Of a stretch of DNA of 64,000 nucleotides, positions 21,648 through 33,545 are shown piece by piece. The stretch is from Anaeromyxobacteraceae bacterium (GTDB taxonomy: Bacteria; Myxococcota; Myxococcia; Myxococcales; Anaeromyxobacteraceae): assembly GCA_047602405.1 (NCBI GenBank), contig JASGHJ010000002.1, positions 1,856,001-1,920,000 on the forward strand, given 5' to 3'. A program made the position numbers and the translations under genes. The notes beneath the pieces are model-generated. The model was not told where the DNA came from, searched no databases, and saw only the letters and a list, made by a program, of their open reading frames with translations. The first letter of the stretch is position 1, and the number at the start of each line of letters is the position of its first letter.

Positions 21648-22064
21648 CTACGCGGCGGCGCGGGGCTTCACGTTCGCGCGGATCCACTCGACGATCGCCT
21701 GGGTGGGCGAGCCGGGGAGGAACACCTCGGCGACGCCCTTCTCCTTCAGCTTCGGCACGTCGTCCTGCGGGATGATCCCGCCGCCGAACACCACCACGTC
21801 GCTCGCCTTCTGCTCCCGGAGGAGGTCGATGACGGCGGGGAAGAGCGTCATGTGGGCGCCGGACATGATCGAGAGGCCGATCGCGTCGACGTCCTCCTGG
21901 ATGGCCGCGGCGACGATCATCTCCGGGGTCTGGTGCAGCCCGGTGTAGATGACCTCGAAGCCGGCGTCGCGCAGCGCGCGGGCGATGATCTTCGCGCCGC
22001 GGTCGTGGCCGTCGAGCCCGGGCTTCGCGACGACGATGCGGAGGGGGCGCTGGGTCGAGGTCAT
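21648..22064 (-). CDS. Cobalamin-binding small subunit of an acyl-CoA mutase (IcmB/McmB-like)
   Basis: [10 protein letters not shown] (DxHxxG B12 motif), [17 protein letters not shown]. Confidence 0.93.
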   Translation of the reverse strand: MTSTQRPLRIVVAKPGLDGHDRGAKIIARALRDAGFEVIYTGLHQTPEMIVAAAIQEDVDAIGLSIMSGAHMTLFPAVIDLLREQKASDVVVFGGGIIPQDDVPKLKEKGVAEVFLPGSPTQAIVEWIRANVKPRAAA

Positions 22065-22805
22065 GTCGGCTTCTCCAGGACGGCGACGAGGTCCGGCGCG
22101 CCTGCGCCGGTGCTTCCGGCCGTGCTCGTGAGCTCCACCACGCGGAGGCCGCACGCGACGGCGAGGGCGCTCCACTCGGCCGGTCTGTAGTACCGCAACT
22201 CGGCGGTCCCTTCCACAACCGTTCCATCGGAGCGGATCATCCGGCGAGCACACCGATCGACCCCGCGTGCTGCGTCGAACGCGCTCTCCTCCTCCACCCG
22301 CCCGCCGCCCGGCAGATCGCGCGCCGCCGACTCCCGCGGGTGCGCGGCGAGGCGCAGCGGGTTCCCGTGCTGGACGACGATCCGCCCACCCCGCCGCACC
22401 GCGCGTGCGAGCCCCGCGAGCGCCGCCGCGTTCGCCGCGTCGTCGAACATGAAGAAGCGAGGCGTACCAGGAATAGGCGCCGGCGAAGACCTCCGCACGC
22501 ACCGGGAGCGCGCGCACGTCCGCGCGCACGACCGCCGTGCCGCCCGGCAGGCCCAGCGCGCGGGCGCGGGCGAGGTACGGGCCGGAGGCGTCGACGCCCA
22601 GGGCCCGGAGGCCGCGGCCCGCGAGGCCCCGCAGGTGCCGCCCGTGCCCGCACCCGGCGTCGAGCACGCGGTCGCCCGGCCTCACCCCGAGCAGCCGCGC
22701 GACGAGGCCCGCCTCGAGCGCCGACAGCGCCGGCGTGAGGAGATCCTCGACCGAGGCGAGGTAGAGGTCGCCGTAGTAGCCGGCGCTCCAGTGCGGCGCG
22801 GTCAC
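22061..22805 (-). CDS. Class I SAM-dependent methyltransferase (apparent +1 insertion at ~22455)
   Basis: [18 protein letters not shown]. Removing one T gives [13 protein letters not shown]..., continuing into ORF 22061..22498. Confidence 0.82.
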
Positions 22806-24572
<1,767 letters not shown>

Positions 24573-24793
24573 CGGCAGTGCCTCCGGGTGAAAGCTTCGG
24601 GGTGTTCGAGCCGGAGGCATCCTAGCCGCGCGCGGGCCCGAAAGCAGGTTCGCCTGCGGCCCGAGGCGGGGCCTCGAACCCCGGCAGGGGGCCCCACCTG
24701 CCGGGGCTCGGAAAGGCCCTCACCTCACGGGAGGTTGCGAGCGGAGCCTCCCCCTCCTACTCGCTGACTTCCCCGTCGATCCAGGAGCCCTCC

Positions 24794-26078
24794 ATGGCCT
24801 TCCCCCGTGGCGCACCCCGCTTCGCCTCCTCGCTCCTCCTCGCCGCCGCCCTCGCGGGCTGCGGGAGCTCGAACGACAACAAGGGCAGCTCCGGACCCGA
24901 TCTCTGCGCGGGCGTCTCCGGCGCTTGCCTCGGGTTCGCCGCCGGCACGAGCGCCGCGTCGATCCGCGACAGGATGGCGACCGCCTCGGCGGGCACGACC
25001 TTCGTGTTCGACACCGGCACCTTCAAGTTCGACCTGCCGCTCGAGGTCACCGTCGCGAACGCGACGATCCGCGGCGCCGGCCGCGACGCGACGCTCCTCG
25101 ACTTCAAGGGCGCCTCCGGCTCCGAGGGCGTGTTCGCCACCGGCGACGGCTTCACCCTGAAGGACCTCGCGATCCGGGACACCGCGGGGAACGGCGTGAA
25201 GATCGTCGGCGCCGACAAGGTGACCCTCCGGAACGTGAAGGTGACCTGGACCGACCCGGACGGCACGAAGCACGGCGGCTACGGCATCTACCCCGTGCAG
25301 TCGTCGCACGTCCTCGTGGAGAACTGCTTCACCTCGGGCGCCACCGACACCGGCATCTACGTCGGCCAGTCGCAGGACATCATCGTCCGAAACAACGAGA
25401 CCACCGGCAACGTCGCCGGCATCGAGATCGAGAACAGCTACCGCGCCGACGTGCACGGCAACGACTCGCACGGCAACACCGGCGGGATCCTGGTGTTCGA
25501 CCTGCCCGGGCTCCAGCAGCAGGGCGGCAACCACGTGCGCGTGTACGAGAACACCGTCTCGTCGAACAACACCGGCAACTTCGGGCCCGCGGGGAGCACC
25601 GTCGCCCTCGTGCCGGCCGGCGCCGGCATCGTCGTGATGGCGAACCACGACGTCGAGATCTTCTCGAACACCGTGAGCGGCAACCAGACCGCGGCCATCT
25701 CGGTCATCAGCTACGCCATCACCGGGCTCACCATCCCCGACGGCTACGACCCGTTCCCGAAGAACGTGTACATCCACGACAACACGCTCTCGAACAACGG
25801 GACCAGCCCCGACTCGAGCGTCGATCCTCGGCGGGCTGCTCGCCCTCCTCCAGGCGACCGCGCTCGATCACAACCCCATCCCCGACGTCGTGTGGGACGG
25901 CATCCTGAGCCCCGCCGACACCGGCACGAACCCGCGCGGCCTCTGCGTGAAGGCCCCGGCGACCTTCTTCTCGCTCGGCGCCACCTTCACCGCGGGCGGC
26001 CCCGAGTTCCACCCGTCGGTCGACGCCACCGACCACCGCTGCACCCAGACGGCCCTGCCGGCCGTCACGGCGTGGTGA
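24794..26078 (+). CDS. Parallel beta-helix lipoprotein (apparent +1 insertion at ~25826)
   Basis: Lipobox ALAG-C; beta-helix repeats YGIYPV, TGIYVGQS, AGIEIENS, GGILVFDLP. Continues into ORF 25890..26078. Confidence 0.85.
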
Positions 26079-27184
26079 CCCGCGCCCTCACGGCGGCGAC
26101 GCTCCTCTCGCTCCTCTCGCTCCTCGCGGCCTGCGGCGGCGGCAAGTCCGGCGCCGCCTGCACGCCGCCCGGGGCCGGGTTCGATCCGGAGCACCCGCCG
26201 GAGCTGCTCTCGTCGCTGTGCCTGCTCGAGCCCTCGCCCGGCGCGGTGAGGCCGCGCCCGGGGGTCGTGCCCTACGATCTCAACACGCCGCTCTTCTCGG
26301 ACTACGCCCAGAAGACGCGGGCGATTCGGTTCCCTCCCGGCGCCGGCGCGGCCTACACGGCGTCGGGGCCGCTCGACCTGCCGGTGGGCACCATCGTCGC
26401 GAAGACCTTCGCGCTCGCGCCGGACCAGCGGACGCCCGCCGCGGGCCGCAGGCTCGTCGAGACCCGGCTCCTCGTGCGCACCGCGACCGGCTGGCGCGGC
26501 TACCCGTACGTCTGGAACGACGCCGGCGACGACGCCGTCTTCACGCCCGGGGGGCGCGTCCTGACGTACCCGATGACGACGCCGTCGGGCGCGAAGGTGA
26601 CCTCGAGCTACCTCATCCCGAGCCTCACCCAGTGCGCGCGGTGCCACGCCGACGACACGAGCGGGCCGCTGCACCTCATCGGCCCCACCGCGGCCAACCT
26701 GAACCGGGACCTCACCTACCCCGACGGCACGAGCGCGAACCAGCTCGCGCGCTGGGCCGCGGACGGCCACCTCACCGGCGCCCCGGCGCCGGCCGCCGCC
26801 CCGCGGCTCGCCGCCGCCCACGACCCCGCGAGCGGGACGATCGACGCGCGCGCCCGGGCCTGGCTGCACGTCAACTGCGCCTTCTGCCACAACGACACCG
26901 GCCTCGCGCGCACCTCGGGCCTGCACCTCGGCGTCGACGTGACGGACCCCTACGTCCTCGGGGTGTGCAAGCCTCCCGTGGCCGCCGGCCCCGGCTCCGG
27001 CGGGCGCCACTTCGACCTCGTGCCCGGCCAGCCGGACGCGTCGATCCTGGTGTACCGGCTCGAGGCGACCGACCCCGCCGCGGTGATGCCGCAGGTCGGC
27101 CGGAGCGTCGTGGACGAGGAGGACGTGCAGCTGCTCCGGGACTGGGTCACCGGGCTCGCCGGAGGCCCCTGCCCCTCACCCTGA
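26075..27184 (+). CDS. SO2930-family diheme c-type cytochrome lipoprotein
   Basis: Lipobox LAAC; PYDLNTPLFSDYAQK, PVGTIVAKTF, VETRLL; heme motifs CARCH and CAFCH; MP distal ligand; GTGA overlap with the upstream gene. Confidence 0.88.
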   Translation: MTRALTAATLLSLLSLLAACGGGKSGAACTPPGAGFDPEHPPELLSSLCLLEPSPGAVRPRPGVVPYDLNTPLFSDYAQKTRAIRFPPGAGAAYTASGPLDLPVGTIVAKTFALAPDQRTPAAGRRLVETRLLVRTATGWRGYPYVWNDAGDDAVFTPGGRVLTYPMTTPSGAKVTSSYLIPSLTQCARCHADDTSGPLHLIGPTAANLNRDLTYPDGTSANQLARWAADGHLTGAPAPAAAPRLAAAHDPASGTIDARARAWLHVNCAFCHNDTGLARTSGLHLGVDVTDPYVLGVCKPPVAAGPGSGGRHFDLVPGQPDASILVYRLEATDPAAVMPQVGRSVVDEEDVQLLRDWVTGLAGGPCPSP

Positions 27185-27192
27185 GCCCGTCC

Positions 27193-27222
27193 TTGACGAC
27201 CCTCGCCCCGAGGCCCTATAAA
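27193..27222 (+). promoter_or_regulatory. Sigma70-type promoter of tRNA-Met
   Basis: TTGACG-18 nt-TATAAA, about 20 nt upstream of the tRNA. Confidence 0.7.
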
Positions 27223-27241
27223 CCCGCGTTCTTCGGGTCTC

Positions 27242-27318
27242 GGTGAGGTAGCTCAGTCGGCTAGAGCGGGGGTCTCATAATCCCCAGGTCGAGAGTTCGA
27301 TTCTCTCCCTCACCACCA
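27242..27318 (+). tRNA. tRNA with CAT anticodon, probably elongator tRNA-Met
   Basis: GGTGAGG/CCTCACC acceptor stem, TAGCTCAG D-arm, CT-CAT-AA loop, GTTCGATTC T-loop, encoded CCA. The G1-C72 pair argues against initiator tRNA; Ile2 is not fully excluded. Confidence 0.95.
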
Positions 27319-27325
27319 TCTGCAC

Positions 27326-27357
27326 CGACGGCCGCCGCGAGGCGGCCGTCGTGTTTT
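27326..27357 (+). terminator. Intrinsic terminator after tRNA-Met
   Basis: CGACGGCCGCC-GCGA-GGCGGCCGTCG followed by TGTTTT. Confidence 0.8.
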
Positions 27358-27390
27358 CGGACCCGGCGGCGCGATAGACTCTCCGTCACG

Positions 27391-27921
27391 GTGGCGAGGA
27401 CGTACGCGAAGGCCTGGAGTGACCTGCTCCGGCGGCGAGTGATCACAACCGTCGCCCCGTTCGCTGGGTTCATCGCCGTGGCCTCCCTCTTCGGACCCGG
27501 CGCGGGGTTCGTGGCGTTCGTGGTGGCCATGCTCCTCGGCAACGCCTGGGCGAGCCGGTTCCGCTGCCCGCGCTGCGAGGGTGAGCCCTGGTGGATGAGG
27601 GACGGCTTCGGCTCGCGCTGCAAGGCCTGCGGGCTCGAGGACGATGAGGTCCCCGACCCCTGCGCCATCTGCGACGGCCTCCTCGAGGCCTTCGCGCTCG
27701 ACTCCCCGGAGCGCGTCGCGGAGATCGCGGCGAGCGTCCTCCCGCTCGTGGAGCGCGGCAGGCTCGAGCAGGTCAACGGGGCGCCGGCCCTGAGCGAGGT
27801 CGCGCGTGGCGGTCACCACGGGCCGGTCGACCTCCGGCTCCGATGCGCGGGGTGCCACTTCGAGTACCGGCTCCAGGCGGACGAGGCCGGGCGGGGCCGG
27901 TGGCGCTTGCAGGGGCGCTGA
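27391..27921 (+). CDS. Hypothetical membrane protein with four CxxC motifs
   Basis: Two hydrophobic helices, then CPRC, CKAC, CAIC and CAGC. Confidence 0.55.
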   Translation: MARTYAKAWSDLLRRRVITTVAPFAGFIAVASLFGPGAGFVAFVVAMLLGNAWASRFRCPRCEGEPWWMRDGFGSRCKACGLEDDEVPDPCAICDGLLEAFALDSPERVAEIAASVLPLVERGRLEQVNGAPALSEVARGGHHGPVDLRLRCAGCHFEYRLQADEAGRGRWRLQGR

Positions 27922-27929
27922 CCCAGCGC

Positions 27930-27963
27930 GCCGCCTCGCGGCGGCTACGCTCGGGACGAACGG
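27930..27963. repeat. Short intergenic REP-like element, copy 2
   Basis: Hairpin GCCGC-CTC-GCGGC followed by CGCTCGGGACGA. Confidence 0.5.
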
Positions 27964-28003
27964 ATTGCAGGTCAGGCGATTGTGCCGCTGCTAGAGTTCC
28001 CGG

Positions 28004-29107
28004 GTGCCCCGCCCCTCTCCCGACGTCGTCCGCCTCTTCGCCGCGCGGGCGCTCCGGATGTTCGCGTACGGGCTCTTCTCCATCGTGCTCGTGCTGCACC
28101 TCTCGGCGGCCGGGCTCGACGGGCCGGCGGTCGGGCTCCTCCTCACGCTCACGCTCCTCGGCGACACGGCGGTCTCCTTCGTGCTCACGACCCGCGCCGA
28201 CCGGTGGGGGCGCCGGCGCACGCTGCTCCTCGGCGCGGCGCTCTCGCAGGAGCTGCCCGCCGGGGCGCGCACCGGCGTGTTCGCCTGGTACCAGCTCGCG
28301 GGGTCGCTCGCGACCGCCGCGGGGGCGCTCGCGGGGGGCGCGCTCGCCGAGGGGCTGCAGCGGCGCGGCCTCGCCCCGCTCACGAGCTACCAGGCCGTCA
28401 TGGCGGCGTACGGCCTGGCGGGGCTCCTCCTCGCGGCGATCTTCGCGGGGCTCTCCGCGCGCGTCGAGGCCCCGGGCCGCGCGGCGCCGGCCGGCGCCCG
28501 GGCCCCGTGGCTCGGGCTCCACCGCTCGCGCGGCGTGGTGGCGCGGCTCTCCGGCCTGTTCGCGGTCGACGCGTTCGCGGGCGGCTTCGTCGTCCAGAGC
28601 TTCGTCGCGTGGTGGTTCCACGTCCGCTTCGGCCTCGGGCCCGCGGCCCTGGGCGGGATCTTCCTCGGCGCGAACGTGCTCGCCGGGCTCTCGGCGCTCT
28701 CCGCGGCCTGGCTCGCGCGCCGCTTCGGCCTCGTGAACACGATGGTCTTCACGCACCTGCCGTCGAACGTGCTGCTCGCCGCCGTGCCGTTCATGCCGAC
28801 GCTGCCCCTCGCGATCGGCGTCCTCCTCGTGCGGTTCTCCATCTCCCAGATGGACGTCCCCACGCGGCAGGCGTTCACGATGGCGGTGGTCGCGCCGGAC
28901 GAGCGGTCCTCGGCCGCGGGCGTCACCGGGATCGCGCGCACCGTCGGCGCGGCCCTCTCTCCCCTCGCGGCCGGACCGCTGTACGCGGTGCCCGCCCTCG
29001 CGTTCCTCCCCTTCGTCCTCTCTGGCGCGCTGAAGGTCGGGTACGACGTCGCGCTGTGGCGGAGCTTCCGCGCGCACGGGGCGGAGGAAGACGCGGAAGC
29101 GCCCTGA
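28004..29107 (+). CDS. MFS transporter, probably with an in-frame internal deletion
   Basis: MFS motif A (ADRWGRRR), MVFTHLPSN, SQMDVPTRQ. Only 367 aa, with no hydrophobic helices between RRTLLLGAAL and SQELPAG. Confidence 0.82.
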   Translation: MPRPSPDVVRLFAARALRMFAYGLFSIVLVLHLSAAGLDGPAVGLLLTLTLLGDTAVSFVLTTRADRWGRRRTLLLGAALSQELPAGARTGVFAWYQLAGSLATAAGALAGGALAEGLQRRGLAPLTSYQAVMAAYGLAGLLLAAIFAGLSARVEAPGRAAPAGARAPWLGLHRSRGVVARLSGLFAVDAFAGGFVVQSFVAWWFHVRFGLGPAALGGIFLGANVLAGLSALSAAWLARRFGLVNTMVFTHLPSNVLLAAVPFMPTLPLAIGVLLVRFSISQMDVPTRQAFTMAVVAPDERSSAAGVTGIARTVGAALSPLAAGPLYAVPALAFLPFVLSGALKVGYDVALWRSFRAHGAEEDAEAP

Positions 29108-29422
29108 ATCAGGGCCCCTCGCCCCCTCGGGCGACGCCCGGGGTCGCCCGGGGTCCGCACGCAGGGTTTGCGGCGTGTCGCCACGGATGACCCAGGGTGA
29201 GTCACCGCCCATGGCACCCGGTTCTGGCAGGCCGCCCGCGGGCCGGGTGGGTGATCGCCGCACACGCACGGAGGCCCCCGGACTCACGGGGTTTCACGGA
29301 ATGTGGCGATCCGCCTCTGGTCGTCGACTGGACTGATGGTCATACGGCACGCATCGTGGAAAGACCCGCGACGGGTGCCGGAGGTCGTCGACCGCTCCGA
29401 GCCACCGCCGAGGGACTCGCCG

Positions 29423-31987
29423 ATGACGCTCAAGGTCCGACTGCTCCTCCTCTGCGCCATCTTCGCCGCTGGCCTCGCCATCGTCTCCGCGATCGCGCTC
29501 CGCACGGTCGCGGTCGTGCGGGTGAACGGCCCCTTCTACGAGCGGATCGTCACCGGGAAGGCGCTGCTCTCCGACGTCCGGGTCCCGGCGCTCACCGGCG
29601 CCGAGGCGCTGCTCGTCGCGCAGCAGCTCGCCGACGAGACCGACGAGGACGCGATCGAGAAGCTCGCGGCCCGCGCGACCGAGGCGCACAAGCGTTTCGA
29701 CGAGACCGCGGCGAGCTGGGCGAACCGGCTCGACGCCGACGAGAAGGCCAGGGTCGAGGAGCTCGAGAAGAAGGCCATGCCCTTCTTCCACACCCTCCAG
29801 AACGAGCTCCTCCCCGCCACCCGCAGCGGCAAGATCCAGGCGACGCAGGCGGCGCTCGACCGGACCCGCAAGGCCTACGCCGACTTCTCGGCGTACGGCG
29901 CCGAGGTCGTCCAGTTCCTCGATCAGCGGCAGCGCGAGCACGAGGCGGCCGCAGCCGCGGCCGTGGTGCAGGGCAACTGGGTGCTCGGCCTCGCGATCCT
30001 CGCCGTCCTGCTGTCGGGTAGCGCCTTCGCCTACGGCGTCATCCAGCGCATCGGGCGGTCGGTGGGCGGGCTCGTCGACCAGACGCACCGGCTCACCGAG
30101 GCGGTGGCCGAGGGCGATCTCACGCTGCGCGCGGACCCCGCCGCGGTCGATCCCGAGTTCCGGCCCATGGTCGCCGGCGTCAACGAGACCGTGGACGCGC
30201 TCGTCCGCCCCCTCGAGGTGACCGCCGGGTACGTCGAGCGCATCAGCCAGGGCGACGTGCCGCCCCCGGTGACGGAGGACTGGCACGGCGACTTCGACCA
30301 GGTGAAGCAGAACCTCAACCGCTGCATCGCCGCGGTGAACGCCCTCGTCGACGACGCGGGCCACCTCGCCGAGGCCGGGGCGGCCGGACAGCTCCAGGCA
30401 CGCGCCGACGCCTCGCGGCACCAGGGCTCGTTCCGCCGCGTGGTCGAGGGCGTGAACGCCACGCTCGACGCCGTGGTCCGCCCGGTGCGCGACGCCGCCG
30501 AGCGGGTCGAGCGCCTCTCCCGCGGCGAGATCCCCGAGGACATCCGCGATGCGTGGGCCGGCGACCTCTCCCGGCTCAAGGACGCCCTCAACCGCTGCTT
30601 CGCGTCGGTCCGCGCCCTCTCCGAGGACGCCCGCCGGCTCGCGACCGCCGGCGCCGAGGGCCGGCTCGACGTCCGCGCCGACGGCACCCGCCACGCGGGC
30701 GACTTCCGGGCCATCGTCGAGGGCGTCAACGCCACGCTCGACGCCGTCGTCGGCCCGCTCCGCGAGGCCGCCGCCGCCATCGAGGCGCTCTCGAAGGGCG
30801 AGGCGAGGAAGGGCGTCGGCGTCGCCTGGAAGGGCGAGTTCGTCACGCTGCGCGCGGCGCTCGAGCGCTCGACGGCGGCGGTGGGCGGCCTCGTGCAGGA
30901 CGCCTCCGCGGTCGCCCGCGGCGCCGCGGCCGGCCAGCTCTCCCTGCGCGCCGACGCGGCCCGGCACCTGGGCGAGTTCCGCGCCATCGTCGAGCAGCTC
31001 AACAAGACGCTCGACGCCGTGGGGGCCCCCGCCGCCGCCACCGCGCACGCGCTCGAGCGGCTCGCCCGCCGCGACATGACCGCGCGGGTGGACGGCGCCT
31101 ACGAGGGCGATCACGCCCGCACGCAGGTCGCGCTGGACGAGGCGGCGAGCGCGCTGCAGGAGGCCCTCCTGCAGGTGCGGACCGCGGTGAGCCAGGTCGC
31201 GAACGCGGCCGTCCAGATCGCCTCGACGGCCCAGTCCGTCTCGCAGGGCGCGACCACCCAGGCGGCCTCGCTCGAGCGGACCACCTCCGACCTCGGGGCG
31301 CTCGCCGGCGGCACGCGCGAGGCGGCCGACCAGGCGAAGGCGGCGGACGGGCTCGTGCGCGAGGCGGCCGGCGCCGCCCGCACCGGCGCGGTCGCGGTGG
31401 AGCGCATGGGCGAGTCGATGCAGCGGATCCGCCAGAGCGCCGAGAGCACCTCGGCGATCATCAAGGACATCAACGAGATCGCCTTCCAGACGAACCTGCT
31501 CGCCCTCAACGCCGCGGTCGAGGCCGCGCGCGCGGGCGACGCGGGCCGCGGCTTCGCGGTGGTCGCCGAGGAGGTCCGGGCGCTCGCGATGCGGTCGAAG
31601 GAGGCCGCGCAGAAGACCGAGGCGCTCATCCACCAGTCGGTCGAGCAGTCGATGAAGGGCGAGCAGGCCGCGAAGGACGTCTCCGCGCGGCTCGCCGACA
31701 TCGTCCGCGCGGTCGACGGCTCCACCGAGCGCGTCGGGCGCATCACGACCCTCATGGGCGACCAGGTCCGGCGCGCCGACGGCCTCTCCGCCACCATGGG
31801 CGAGGTCGACAAGGTCACGCAGCAGAACGCCGCGAGCGCCGAGGAGGCGTCCGCCGCGGCCGAGGAGCTCTCCGCCCAGGCCCAGGAGCTCGAGGGGCTG
31901 GTCGGGAGGTTCGAGCTCGGCGACGGGGCCGCCCCCGCGGGCGCCGCGCCGCGGCGTCGCCTCGCCTCACGCCGGGAGCTCTCATGA
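29423..31987 (+). CDS. Methyl-accepting chemotaxis protein with periplasmic helical sensor and eight HAMP-like units
   Basis: Two TM helices, alternating RAD...VEGVNATLD and G..P....GDF...K.NLN repeats, [20 protein letters not shown]...[10 protein letters not shown]. Confidence 0.95.
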   Translation: MTLKVRLLLLCAIFAAGLAIVSAIALRTVAVVRVNGPFYERIVTGKALLSDVRVPALTGAEALLVAQQLADETDEDAIEKLAARATEAHKRFDETAASWANRLDADEKARVEELEKKAMPFFHTLQNELLPATRSGKIQATQAALDRTRKAYADFSAYGAEVVQFLDQRQREHEAAAAAAVVQGNWVLGLAILAVLLSGSAFAYGVIQRIGRSVGGLVDQTHRLTEAVAEGDLTLRADPAAVDPEFRPMVAGVNETVDALVRPLEVTAGYVERISQGDVPPPVTEDWHGDFDQVKQNLNRCIAAVNALVDDAGHLAEAGAAGQLQARADASRHQGSFRRVVEGVNATLDAVVRPVRDAAERVERLSRGEIPEDIRDAWAGDLSRLKDALNRCFASVRALSEDARRLATAGAEGRLDVRADGTRHAGDFRAIVEGVNATLDAVVGPLREAAAAIEALSKGEARKGVGVAWKGEFVTLRAALERSTAAVGGLVQDASAVARGAAAGQLSLRADAARHLGEFRAIVEQLNKTLDAVGAPAAATAHALERLARRDMTARVDGAYEGDHARTQVALDEAASALQEALLQVRTAVSQVANAAVQIASTAQSVSQGATTQAASLERTTSDLGALAGGTREAADQAKAADGLVREAAGAARTGAVAVERMGESMQRIRQSAESTSAIIKDINEIAFQTNLLALNAAVEAARAGDAGRGFAVVAEEVRALAMRSKEAAQKTEALIHQSVEQSMKGEQAAKDVSARLADIVRAVDGSTERVGRITTLMGDQVRRADGLSATMGEVDKVTQQNAASAEEASAAAEELSAQAQELEGLVGRFELGDGAAPAGAAPRRRLASRRELS

Positions 31988-32409
31988 GCCGCCTCGCCTT
32001 CCTGCCCGCGCTCCTCGTCCTCGCCGCCTGCGGGAAGCCGGACGTCGGCCCGCACACCGGCGGGGGCGGCGGCGCGACCGCCGCGACCTACGCGAGCATC
32101 ACCACCGGCCTCATGGTCCCGCGCTGCGCCACCGGCGCCTGCCACGGCGGCTCGAGCCCGGTCGCCTTCCCGCCCTGCGACGCCAATCGCTGGTACGCCG
32201 CGATGGTCGACGTGGAGTCGCAGCAGGCCCCCGGCGTGAAGCTCATCGCCCCGGGCGACCCCGACTCGAGCTACCTCGTCCACAAGCTCCGCGGAACGCA
32301 CGCCCTGGTGGGCGGCGGCGGAGCACGCATGCCCATCGCGGACGCCGCGCTCGACGACGCCGAGCAGGCCGCGGTGGAAGCCTGGATCGCCAACGGAGCC
32401 ACCCGATGA
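31984..32409 (+). CDS. Small lipoprotein c-type cytochrome with atypical CX4CH motif
   Basis: Lipobox LAA-C; CATGACH at 32125-32145; PGDPDSSYL and RMP...AWI..GA resemble planctomycete-type cytochrome c domains; ATGA overlaps at both ends. Confidence 0.75.
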   Translation: MSRLAFLPALLVLAACGKPDVGPHTGGGGGATAATYASITTGLMVPRCATGACHGGSSPVAFPPCDANRWYAAMVDVESQQAPGVKLIAPGDPDSSYLVHKLRGTHALVGGGGARMPIADAALDDAEQAAVEAWIANGATR

Positions 32410-33545
32410 GCCACCTGCGCACGCACCCCTGGGCCCGTACCCTCCCCCTCGCCGCCGCGCTCGCGGCGCTCCTCGCCGCCGGCGCCGCCCGCGCCGGGTC
32501 CTCCACCACCGTCTCCGGCTCGGTCTACGTGGACGAGTGGTGGATGAACCGCCCGGACGTCCAGAAGCGCTCGCCGGGCGGCGTGACCATCGACGGCGCG
32601 GTGAAGATCGGCGTCGACATCTCCGACGACGTCGCGTTCTCCACGAAGGCGTGCATGAGCTGCCACGGCATCGAGCTCGAGCACTTCCAGATGGAGTACA
32701 TGCCGAAGACCTGGTTCAACGTGCAGGCGGGCCGCCTCGCCATCCCGTTCGGCGAGTTCGCGAACCGGGTGGACCAGTCCGGGCACAAGACGGTCTCGGC
32801 CCCGCTCATCTACGACATGGGCCGGATGGCGTACGGCGAGAAGGGCGCGATGAACCTCGGCGTCCTCCCCCTGCCGTACACCGACACCGGCGTGATGGTG
32901 TACGGGCAGCGCTTCCTCGGGCCGATCCAGGCCTGGTACGGCGTCTACGGCGTGGCGGGCCTCCGCGGCGGCAACGACGCGGACTGGACCGCGATGCGCG
33001 CGCTCTACTACACCGATCCGAACCGCGTCCCCTCGGTGGGCGGCCGCCTCGCGCTCACGCTGGCCGCGCAGCCGGGCCGGTTCCTCGGCGACACCTCGGT
33101 CGGCGGGTCCTGGACGCGGGGCCGCTACGACCGCGACGCGGTCCTCGGCTACGAGATCTGGGGCATCGACGCCTCCATGCAGCTCGGCAAGCTCGTCGTG
33201 CGCGGCGAGTACGCGCACCGCCGCACCGACCTCTCCACCAAGGCGAGCTACCCCTACACGCTCGTGGATCCCTGGTTCACGAAGGAAGGGTTCTACGTGG
33301 AGGCCGAGGCGCCGCTGGGCGGCAGCCTCGGCGTCGTCTACCGCTACGACGAGCTGGGCCGCCACGGCGTCCCGCTGCCCGGCTCGACCGGGCTGTCGAC
33401 CAACTCTCACATCCTCCGGCACACCGCCGGAATTCTGTACACCCCGGCGCCGTCCACCTTCCTGAAGCTCGGGTGGGAGTACTGGATGGCGTCCGATTAC
33501 ACCGACTTCCACTCGGTCCACCTCGGAGTCGGAGGAGCGTTCTGA
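32406..33545 (+). CDS. Outer-membrane beta-barrel (porin-like) containing a CxxCH motif
   Basis: Signal peptide ending ARA, amphipathic Tyr/Trp-rich strands, porin-like AGRLAIPFG, C-terminal Phe (HLGVGGAF); CMSCH at 32652-32666. Confidence 0.8.
   Translation: MSHLRTHPWARTLPLAAALAALLAAGAARAGSSTTVSGSVYVDEWWMNRPDVQKRSPGGVTIDGAVKIGVDISDDVAFSTKACMSCHGIELEHFQMEYMPKTWFNVQAGRLAIPFGEFANRVDQSGHKTVSAPLIYDMGRMAYGEKGAMNLGVLPLPYTDTGVMVYGQRFLGPIQAWYGVYGVAGLRGGNDADWTAMRALYYTDPNRVPSVGGRLALTLAAQPGRFLGDTSVGGSWTRGRYDRDAVLGYEIWGIDASMQLGKLVVRGEYAHRRTDLSTKASYPYTLVDPWFTKEGFYVEAEAPLGGSLGVVYRYDELGRHGVPLPGSTGLSTNSHILRHTAGILYTPAPSTFLKLGWEYWMASDYTDFHSVHLGVGGAF

Noticed and set aside
24600..24790. Cobalamin riboswitch upstream of the mutase
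   Set aside because: GC hairpins are present (CCCCGGCAGG/CCTGCCGGGG), but I found no B12-box or other conserved core on either strand.
24794..27184. Apparent 796-aa beta-helix/cytochrome fusion
   Set aside because: Created by the indel at ~25826. The second protein has its own signal peptide, lipobox and GTGA overlap.
29108..29420. c-di-GMP/cGAMP (GEMM) riboswitch upstream of the MCP-cytochrome unit
   Set aside because: No recognisable GGCAAA/GAAA tetraloop-receptor pattern, only short palindromes such as GGTGAGTCACC. An Infernal scan would settle it.
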